A stretch of 30,547 nt of DNA from a virus. Its lineage: Duplodnaviria > Caudoviricetes. Of the stretch, positions 1-5,899 are shown one piece after another (positions within the stretch are counted from its first letter, which is position 1; the number at the start of each line of letters is the position of its first letter). The DNA is taken from positions 1-30,547 of IMG/VR virus record IMGVR_UViG_3300035419_000031; one strand, 5' to 3'. The translations under genes and the position numbers were made by a program. The notes under the pieces are model-generated. The model saw only the letters and a list, made by a program, of their open reading frames with translations. It was not told where the DNA came from and ran no database searches.

Positions 1-1252
1 GGTCTGGTGAGCCTATGGACCCTAGAGGTTCCCACTGTACCATCTGATCTTCTAAATCATTAAGTCCCTTGACATGCTTAACTTTCTTCTGTTCGTATAA
101 GGCTGACACAGGCTCTGCCCTTGCCATCTTACCACGACTAGCATGTACTAATTTTATCGGGACGTTTTCATCTTCTGTTTGCAAGGTATGTCGGACCATA
201 TCACCACCTTGGTTACGTTCCGCAACAATACGGTCTGCCATGTGGGTGTGATATAGCTCTATGGCTTTTGAAGCCCATTCTTTAGGTGAATACTTACCTG
301 TGTGATCCTCTAAGACGTAAGCTACGCCATCCTCACTAATACCTGCAACGACAATACCTGTCATGTCACTGTCAGTCTTATTAGTAATAGCAGGGTCTAC
401 AGATACAACAATACGGGACAAGGCTGGAACCTCATCCCGATCTATCTCGCATTTGTGTAGGAGTTCCCTATTCCATAAAGCACCTGATGCTTCGTCAAGG
501 ATCTCTGCATATAATTCTTGCCTACCAAGGCGTGTACCCTCATAAGTCTTCTTGACCGCATCAATAAACGTATCAGCTAAGTTATCTGCGTTATCAAACG
601 TAGAACCCTTAGAAATATGCGTTTTGGGGTCAGAAATAATGTTACGGAGCAGTTTTGTCGTTTTTGGCGTAGTTGTGATAAAAACCTGCGGCTTTCGGCC
701 TAAACGGAGGCCAAACATCATCATATCCCAAGTTTCTTGTGCGTTTCGCCATGCACACAATTCGTCCGTCCAAGCTGAGTAGGCTTGTGGTCCACGTAGG
801 CGTTCTGGGTCCTCTGCGGAGAAGAACACGGCTTTCGATCCGTTTTCCCAAGTTAGCGTGTTGTTCGTGGGGGACCATACAGGGAAACCAATTTGTTTAC
901 CACGGTACGTCCTATCACCTTTCCAGCAGACATTAAGTAGCCCACTGTCACCTTCAACCATAACACGCCTAACATCTCCTTTAGTTGGTGCAACACAGTG
1001 GACAATCTTATCGCCCTTCTTGATCCTGTGTCGGACCCATTCGGCACCAGCACGGGTTTTACCCCAGCCACGACCAGCAAGTGCAAGCCAAGCATTCCAA
1101 TCACCTTTAGGTTCTAGTTGTTCGGGCCTAGCCCAAAACTCCCAGTTAAATCTAAGTTCTTCGTTTTTAGCTGGTCCTAAAGACTTTAGTATCTCAGCTA
1201 CTTCTGAGTCGGGTAACGTTCTCAGATCCTTCGCCGTTATTGGAAGAGTCAT
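1..1252 (-). CDS. terL: Terminase large subunit (GTA-like TerL), truncated at the window edge
   Basis: Not in the ORF track; translated by hand from the ATG at 1252 and open to the edge: MTLPITAKDLRTLP..., Walker A LAGRGWGKTRAGAEWV, EDPERLRGPQ...WTDELCAW (Walker B), ITTTPK, nuclease motif VVSVDPA, SRGKMARAEPVSALYEQ. Confidence 0.95.
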   Translation of the reverse strand, partial: MTLPITAKDLRTLPDSEVAEILKSLGPAKNEELRFNWEFWARPEQLEPKGDWNAWLALAGRGWGKTRAGAEWVRHRIKKGDKIVHCVAPTKGDVRRVMVEGDSGLLNVCWKGDRTYRGKQIGFPVWSPTNNTLTWENGSKAVFFSAEDPERLRGPQAYSAWTDELCAWRNAQETWDMMMFGLRLGRKPQVFITTTPKTTKLLRNIISDPKTHISKGSTFDNADNLADTFIDAVKKTYEGTRLGRQELYAEILDEASGALWNRELLHKCEIDRDEVPALSRIVVSVDPAITNKTDSDMTGIVVAGISEDGVAYVLEDHTGKYSPKEWASKAIELYHTHMADRIVAERNQGGDMVRHTLQTEDENVPIKLVHASRGKMARAEPVSALYEQKKVKHVKGLNDLEDQMVQWEPLGSIGSPD

Positions 1253-1622
1253 CTTTCTTGCCTAACAATGTCATCAAACTGTCAATAGCACTAACGTCTT
1301 CATCGGGATCACTACTGCTTTCAACTTCAACATTCGTTTGTGTTGGGGACCAACCACCCTTACTGCGTAAGAATAGCTCTGCTGCCTTAAAGTCACCGTC
1401 AAGGGCCTGTTGTATCACGACAGAACCAATCTGACCTACAATCTCTGCTCTCTCTGCTGCTATGTCATCACCATAGAGCTTATAGAAGGTTGCAGATGAG
1501 GAGGGTGCTTGTTGATACTTCTGGATAGAAGCCATAATGTCCTTAACAGCGACACCATTCCTGATACCGCTACGGACAGCTTTTGCGATGTTTTCGCTAT
1601 ACTTTATTTTGTCCATTACCAC
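1194..1622 (-). CDS. Probable terminase small subunit
   Basis: 142 aa directly upstream of and overlapping terL; N-terminal HTH-like segment (SSATFYKLY) and a QALDGDFKAAELFLRSKGGW segment typical of TerS. Confidence 0.75.
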   Translation of the reverse strand: MVMDKIKYSENIAKAVRSGIRNGVAVKDIMASIQKYQQAPSSSATFYKLYGDDIAAERAEIVGQIGSVVIQQALDGDFKAAELFLRSKGGWSPTQTNVEVESSSDPDEDVSAIDSLMTLLGKKDDSSNNGEGSENVTRLRSS

Positions 1623-1659
1623 GACACCTAAATAAATATACTGTTGGGGGGTTGTAGGG

Positions 1660-1752
1660 TACTATAGTATAACTTTAGTTTAAATCTATTTGTATAATGT
1701 GAGTAGTTATAACTTTAGTATACTATAGTATAGTACCTCTACACTATAGTAT
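1660..1752. repeat. AT-rich cluster of ACTATAGT palindromes and TATAACTTTAGT direct repeats
   Basis: TACTATAGTA 1660-1669, TATACTATAGTATA 1719-1732, ACTATAGT 1743-1750; TATAACTTTAGT at 1668 and 1708. Confidence 0.8.
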
Positions 1753-1778
1753 GGTACTTTTTTTAGCCACTGTAAACT
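1750..1778 (-). promoter_or_regulatory. Phage promoter motif, copy 1 (upstream of terS/terL)
   Basis: Minus strand reads AGTTTACAG-tggctaaaaa-AAGTACCATA; same blocks and spacing as at 7978 and 11866. Confidence 0.75.
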
Positions 1779-1798
1779 TTTATTTTGTCGCAAGCTGG

Positions 1799-1811
1799 TA
1801 ACTGGTTGAAA
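1799..1811 (-). promoter_or_regulatory. IHF-like site
   Basis: Minus strand TTTCAACCAGTTA, one mismatch to WATCAANNNNTTR. Confidence 0.4.
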
Positions 1812-2120
1812 ACAAAGGAAAGAAAGTTTAGTAGCTCAGGGACTACCGTGGGAACTAGTGTGACATATATGCAACACCTAAAGTATTTTTTTTTATTTTG
1901 GAGATAGGAGTGGATACGCACGGTGGTAAAAACGGGCCAGATTTTTCTGGGGGACCCTATGGGGTGGCCTAAAAATCACAGGTTTGAATAAAAACGCAAG
2001 TTTTCCCAAGTTTTTCTTGACACTCGGGGCGGGAGGGGCCAGCCCTTCACACTGTCGGACCATTGCCAAGCATTGGAAAAGCCGTTGTTCAATCTCATAT
2101 TATCCCCTTGTAAACTATGG

Positions 2121-2146
2121 AAAAAGGACGGGGCCTAAGCCCCGCC
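2121..2146 (-). terminator. Rho-independent terminator of the leftward module
   Basis: Minus strand GGCGGGGC-TTAG-GCCCCGTCC-TTTTT, about 20 bp after the stop of 2168..2779. Confidence 0.8.
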
Positions 2147-2167
2147 AGTTTGAGCCAACACAAGCCC

Positions 2168-2779
2168 TTAAACAATAACCGCATTTACACAAGTAACATG
2201 GTAAGCAGATACAGCGGCACCGGTGTCAAGCTTGCGGTTCGCTTTGTTACCGGCCACATATTTACACCATGAATTCCACCAATAGGCAGAGCCTTTTTGT
2301 TGTGTCATAGCAACATACGCTTGCACCTTGCGACGGGCTGTATCTGGTTTAACCTTGCCAAGCTTCACATGTTTTGCTTCCAGTCCTAAGCGTACAAGGT
2401 TATGACTATCAATACACGCCACGTTAAAGCCTAATTGCTGAGCAACAAAAGCCGCCTTGACCATGCCAAGATTAGGGATAGGTAGGAAAAGCTCAATAGC
2501 GGCAACGGCTGCATCTTGCGAGCGGGTGCCTAGGGTTTCCTTAATGTGGTTTACCTTGCCCCAAAGATAGGCGTCATGCGCTTGTGTATAGGCGTAACCT
2601 TTGCCCTTTTGTCCCCACATAAAGCGGCTGGAAGCGCCGTGCTTGTTGACGTCTGTTATTTGATCCAAGCATGTAGAAAGCCCCGCTTGTATGGTGCAGA
2701 GTGTAAAAGTTACAACGGGTAAAACCGACTGCTTGGCTTCACAAATATCTATTATTTGATTTACATGTTTTCTATACAT
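2168..2779 (-). CDS. Putative HhH-GPD superfamily DNA glycosylase-like protein
   Basis: LPIPNLGMVKAAFVAQQLGFNVACIDSHNLVRLG resembles the helix-hairpin-helix plus (V/I)DxH motif of EndoIII/OGG glycosylases; AGGGG RBS upstream. Confidence 0.55.
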   Translation of the reverse strand: MYRKHVNQIIDICEAKQSVLPVVTFTLCTIQAGLSTCLDQITDVNKHGASSRFMWGQKGKGYAYTQAHDAYLWGKVNHIKETLGTRSQDAAVAAIELFLPIPNLGMVKAAFVAQQLGFNVACIDSHNLVRLGLEAKHVKLGKVKPDTARRKVQAYVAMTQQKGSAYWWNSWCKYVAGNKANRKLDTGAAVSAYHVTCVNAVIV

Positions 2780-2783
2780 TGTC

Positions 2784-2837
2784 TCAGTCCCCTAAAATGA
2801 TAATTGCGGCGCTAATTAAAAAGATAACTTCAAACAT
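2784..2837 (-). CDS. Putative 17-aa hydrophobic peptide (MFEVIFLISAAIIILGD)
   Basis: ATG follows AAGGA and the repeated leader element; the stop lies 4 nt before the next ATG. Confidence 0.45.
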   Translation of the reverse strand: MFEVIFLISAAIIILGD

Positions 2838-2846
2838 TGTTTTGTG

Positions 2847-3158
2847 TCCTTGTGTTGGTGTGTTGGGGGCTTGTGCCCCCTTTTGTTTATACCCGAAAAA
2901 CTGCAATTTTGCGAGGGCTAGCGGCTTTGGGTGCGTGATTGCGAAAGCCTTGACCGAGCGGGGCAATCTCACCGTCTCTAATTGCCGCCTGTACAATATA
3001 GCGAGCTAGGTCACCATTTTGTCCAGTCATTTGCGCCATTTTTGAGGGGCTAATGATACCATGTGTTGCGATTAATGCGGCTTTGAATTGATTACGTGTC
3101 ATTTTGATTTATCCTTTTGTGTTGGTGTGTTGGGGCGCTGTGGCCCCTTTTAGGTTTA
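2847..3158 (-). repeat. Two copies of an intergenic hairpin plus leader element (about 2847-2889 and 3112-3158)
   Basis: Identical 19-mer TTGTGTTGGTGTGTTGGGG at 2850-2868 and 3117-3135, each joined to a GGGG..CCCC hairpin and the RBS; partial copy at 3350-3359. Confidence 0.85.
2887..3102 (-). CDS. Small hypothetical protein (possible wHTH DNA-binding protein)
   Basis: 71 aa, basic, AAGGA RBS, bounded by the repeated intergenic elements. Confidence 0.65.
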   Translation of the reverse strand: MTRNQFKAALIATHGIISPSKMAQMTGQNGDLARYIVQAAIRDGEIAPLGQGFRNHAPKAASPRKIAVFRV

Positions 3159-3350
3159 GATTAAGAACGATTTTATTTCTGACATGATACCGCTTTTCAT
3201 ATCTAAGCAGTCCTCGACTGTCGTGCCGTTGCGGTTTGGTTGACCGTCATCATTCAAGATATCTAACATGATGCTATCCCACGTTGCATAACGGCGCACC
3301 AGATTATCAATGTGGTCAAGTTTTTCTTGTGTTACGGTAGCATCTAACAT
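3156..3350 (-). CDS. Small hypothetical protein, first gene of the leftward module
   Basis: 64 aa, AAGGA RBS, downstream of a sigma70-like promoter. Confidence 0.7.
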   Translation of the reverse strand: MLDATVTQEKLDHIDNLVRRYATWDSIMLDILNDDGQPNRNGTTVEDCLDMKSGIMSEIKSFLI

Positions 3351-3389
3351 TGTGTTGGTTCCTTTTTTGTTTGTCGTTTCGATATAACT

Positions 3390-3418
3390 CTTATCGCTGA
3401 TTCGGGATTAGATGTAAA
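3390..3418 (-). promoter_or_regulatory. Sigma70-like leftward promoter
   Basis: TTTACA-17 bp-GATAAG on the minus strand, with an AT-rich upstream element, about 40 bp before the ATG at 3350. Confidence 0.6.
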
Positions 3419-3460
3419 CCCCAAAAATGCAAAAAATGCAGAAAAAGTGAATAAATCTTA

Positions 3461-3473
3461 TAAGCCCTTGATT
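3461..3473 (-). promoter_or_regulatory. IHF consensus site
   Basis: Minus strand AATCAAGGGCTTA matches WATCAANNNNTTR exactly. Confidence 0.55.
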
Positions 3474-3527
3474 TCAAACAATTCTTTTTTGATATGGGCA
3501 AAAAATCCTTATATACTATAATGAGTG

Positions 3528-3608
3528 GAACAAAAAAAGAACAAACCGTGAACAAACCATGAACGAACAAAACGTGAACAAAAGGTGAACAAACCATGAA
3601 CAGAGAAC
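3528..3608 (+). promoter_or_regulatory. Tandem array of alphaproteobacterial LexA (SOS) boxes, GAAC-N7-GAAC
   Basis: GAAC at 3528, 3539, 3550, 3561 and at 3565, 3576, 3587, 3598: two chains of 11-bp period giving six perfect boxes with A-rich spacers; extra GAAC at 3605. Confidence 0.75.
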
Positions 3609-3705
3609 AAATAGGGGGAACGCATGTCCCGTGTACCCTAGGCTGTCAAACCCGTTTCGGCATTCTGGGGCCGTTTCTGGGCCTCTGAGGGGTAACGGCG
3701 TGTAC

Positions 3706-3807
3706 TGCATAGCAGGTATGATCCAGACGCATGCCGTACATATTCATAAATTCATATATGTTTGTCCAGACAAATAAGCCATGCAAAAAATGCATAGCAG
3801 GTATGCA
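3706..3807. repeat. TGCATAGCAGGTATG direct repeat and ATGC-N7-GCAT elements (LysR-type operator-like)
   Basis: 15-mer at 3706 and 3791; ATGC-N7-GCAT-N7-ATGC at 3781-3806; ATGCAAAAAATGCA also at 3427. Confidence 0.65.
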
Positions 3808-3963
3808 AAAATAATTGTTGCACCGGTCCGTGGTTCTGCTATGCTGGTCGTAGAGGGTGAAAAGCCCCACATTGCCAACACACCCAAGGGCCAGATTTTT
3901 TAAATCGCAGTCGCAAAAGGTGGAAGGATGCGCAATCGAAATTGTGTTGCAAAAATGTCACAC

Positions 3964-4145
3964 TATCCCTTTGAGATATACCAAAAAGTCCTTGACTATC
4001 CTTTCGGGTAGGCAATCGGGGCAAAATAGTTCTTGACTATACCAAAGGATATAAAATGACTCAGAATAGTTCTTGACTATACTTTCGGATATAAAACCTA
4101 TCCTTTCGGATTGTCAAGAGATCATTGGGATATCTCATATGGATA
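3964..4145. repeat. Cluster of TATCC-N4-GGATA-type palindromes, several preceded by CTTGAC
   Basis: Copies at 3997, 4038, 4078, 4099; N5 variants at 3964 and 4131; AATAGTTCTTGACTATAC duplicated at 4025 and 4065. Confidence 0.75.
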
Positions 4146-4147
4146 GT

Positions 4148-4249
4148 GTTGCAAAAATGTCACAGTTGCATAAAAGTCACAGTTGCCAAAATGTCACTGT
4201 GGTAAAAAAGTCACTGTGTCATAAAAGTCACTGTTGCAAAAATGTCACA
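4148..4249 (+). repeat. Six tandem 17-bp repeats, consensus GTTGCAAAAAWGTCACW
   Basis: Units start at 4148, 4165, 4182, 4199, 4216, 4233; solo copies at 3945-3962 (+) and 1859-1876 (-). Confidence 0.9.
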
Positions 4250-4273
4250 AGGACGAAAATCGGGAAAATCAGA

Positions 4274-4436
4274 CCCCCCACCGTGGGAAATGACCCCCCG
4301 TGGAAATTAGCCACCCAAGCAAGGTTTTGCCGATATGCGTTGCCGATCTTGCCTCCCTACCGTGGGAATTAGCCCCCCGTGGAAATTAGTTGGGCAGAGG
4401 GTAAAAAAAGTACTTGACCCCCACCGTGGGAAATGA
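4274..4436 (+). repeat. Five copies of a C-run plus CGTGG(G)AA motif
   Basis: Copies near 4276, 4294, 4355, 4373 and 4419. Confidence 0.85.
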
Positions 4437-4442
4437 TTTAAG
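4414..4442 (+). promoter_or_regulatory. Sigma70-like rightward early promoter
   Basis: TTGACC-17 bp-TTTAAG, followed by AAGGAG RBS and the ATG at 4463. Confidence 0.6.
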
Positions 4443-4462
4443 GGTGTAAGAAAAGGAGAGAC

Positions 4463-4660
4463 ATGATGTCAGGAGCAACAGCAGAAGACTTTAACAAGTG
4501 GGAAGCCCACGCAAAGACTTTATCTAAGGAGTCACTAGAGTATGTGATTAGTGATTGTCGTGCAGCTAAAGAGGCAATGAGTGGGTGGAACCCCAATCGT
4601 GAGAACTACTACGCTGACCAATCTATGACATATAGCCAAGAGCTAAGGAGAAGAAAATGA
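4463..4660 (+). CDS. Hypothetical early protein
   Basis: 65 aa, strong RBS, first of a chain of overlapping ORFs. Confidence 0.75.
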   Translation: MMSGATAEDFNKWEAHAKTLSKESLEYVISDCRAAKEAMSGWNPNRENYYADQSMTYSQELRRRK

Positions 4661-5010
4661 GAGTTGAAGTTTACTGGAACCTGCGTAAGAGTTGTTATTC
4701 TGTTCGTGATTGTAGTACGGGCCGTGTAGTAGAACACACCAACAGCCTGTGGATCAGAAGACCTGAGTTTGTCGTGCGACAGGCTGGAAGGGAAAAGGTC
4801 CTACGTGACAAACAGAAGAATGTACACGCCTTTGTACGGGGCGAATTGGGAGAGGGTACACTGTTCCCAAATAAAGAGGGCAGCATAGCAACTTACAACC
4901 CATATAAATATTCTACCTTTGTAGATAAAAAAACTGAAAAAGTGCTTTACAATGCTAAGTATGCTATGTTAGAAACAGTTAATAACAAAGGAGTGATAGA
5001 ATATGTTTGA
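4657..5010 (+). CDS. Conserved phage hypothetical protein
   Basis: VYWNLRK..YSVR...GREKVLRDKQKNVHAFVRG...YNPYK, a pattern recognised from phage hypothetical proteins; ATGA overlap. Confidence 0.8.
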   Translation: MRVEVYWNLRKSCYSVRDCSTGRVVEHTNSLWIRRPEFVVRQAGREKVLRDKQKNVHAFVRGELGEGTLFPNKEGSIATYNPYKYSTFVDKKTEKVLYNAKYAMLETVNNKGVIEYV

Positions 5011-5206
5011 TAAAAGATCAGGTGGACCATTTGATTGTGGCGTAAGAGACTACTACTATGGACGTAACTCAAACCCACACTTCTACAGAGATGGGTGCAA
5101 CATGAAAGGAAAGTACACAGAGAACCTGACACAACAGGAAACCAAAGAGTTCCACGCTGGTTGGGATGATGCACAAGAGAGTGGATTTAGAAAGGAGTAT
5201 GACTAA
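5003..5206 (+). CDS. Phage hypothetical protein
   Basis: 67 aa, GGPFDCG..DYYYGR...PH pattern; AGGAG RBS. Confidence 0.75.
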   Translation: MFDKRSGGPFDCGVRDYYYGRNSNPHFYRDGCNMKGKYTENLTQQETKEFHAGWDDAQESGFRKEYD

Positions 5207-5343
5207 TGACTGTAGATAAATGGGATATTGAAGATGTTGTGCAAGAGTACGACTCTAATCTTAACATCACCCTGACCCAACTTGCCAAAAAGTCTGGTTG
5301 GGATTACCAAGATCTTATTGATCTTTTAATGACGGAGCAATAA
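5206..5343 (+). CDS. Small hypothetical protein (45 aa, HTH-like)
   Basis: Hand translation MTVDKWDIEDVVQEYDSNLNITLTQLAKKSGWDYQDLIDLLMTEQ; AAGGAG RBS, TAATG coupling. Confidence 0.7.
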   Translation: MTVDKWDIEDVVQEYDSNLNITLTQLAKKSGWDYQDLIDLLMTEQ

Positions 5344-5344
5344 A

Positions 5345-5497
5345 ATGTATTATGTAGAGGTTGTAGTAAAATATAGAGTTGAAGACAAACAAGCCGCACA
5401 CGAACCTTACTGGTTAAGAGAGGCGATAGAGGCTTACCTTGAGGGTGAGGAAGAAGTAGTATCAGTAAGCAAACCAACAGTGATAAACGAAGGTTGA
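5345..5497 (+). CDS. Small hypothetical protein (50 aa)
   Basis: Hand translation MYYVEVVVKYRVEDKQAAHEPYWLREAIEAYLEGEEEVVSVSKPTVINEG; GGAG RBS; fills the gap exactly. Confidence 0.65.
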   Translation: MYYVEVVVKYRVEDKQAAHEPYWLREAIEAYLEGEEEVVSVSKPTVINEG

Positions 5498-5499
5498 TA

Positions 5500-5757
5500 A
5501 TGGAGAATAAATTGCATAGTACATACACAATAGCAGCCGTACCTAACACAAAGAAGAAGGGACGCATTGGTCCAGTGGCACCCATACCTACTGCCAGCCC
5601 ATATACCCTAGATGATGCTAAGGTGTTGGCAGATATGTGGACCCGTAAACACTTTGATTTGATTAACAGTTGGGGGTTCAGTCATTTTGTCGCATTCAAC
5701 CTTGAAGCTTTGACTATGGACCCACCTCCTTGGTATCTGGACCGTGACGATGACTAG
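5500..5757 (+). CDS. Hypothetical protein
   Basis: Track ORF 5494..5757; the ATG at 5500 is the likelier start. Confidence 0.65.
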   Translation: MENKLHSTYTIAAVPNTKKKGRIGPVAPIPTASPYTLDDAKVLADMWTRKHFDLINSWGFSHFVAFNLEALTMDPPPWYLDRDDD

Positions 5758-5899
5758 GATACCGACAAAGGGTGGAGATGAGTTTGAGGCTTTCAGTAAG
5801 TACAGGAAGTATCTCAGGTGGAAACGTGGTGATCTAAAGAAGATCAAACGGGCTTACAATAAACGCCTGCGCAAGTATCTGAGGTTAAAGCATGATTGA
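5750..5899 (+). CDS. Small, highly basic hypothetical protein (49 aa)
   Basis: Hand translation MTRIPTKGGDEFEAFSKYRKYLRWKRGDLKKIKRAYNKRLRKYLRLKHD; overlaps both neighbours. Confidence 0.7.
   Translation: MTRIPTKGGDEFEAFSKYRKYLRWKRGDLKKIKRAYNKRLRKYLRLKHD

Noticed and set aside
69-1434. Short track ORFs on both strands over the terminase genes
   Set aside because: They are shadows of terL (missing from the track because its stop is outside the window) and terS.
2017-2050. TTGACA near 2017 as a rightward promoter
   Set aside because: No -10 element at 16-18 bp spacing and no credible downstream gene.
2838-2996. N-terminal part of track ORF 2784..2996
   Set aside because: It overlaps 2887..3102 and crosses the intergenic hairpin; only the ATG at 2837 has an RBS.
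3391-4372. Track ORFs 3391..3597, 3516..3710, 3646..3870, 3839..4024 and 4073..4372
   Set aside because: Low-complexity translations of the DNA repeats with no convincing RBS; the region is better explained as non-coding.
3528-4436. CRISPR or mini-CRISPR array
   Set aside because: Repeats are 11-17 bp, abutting or irregularly spaced, with no unique ~30-bp spacers and no cas genes.
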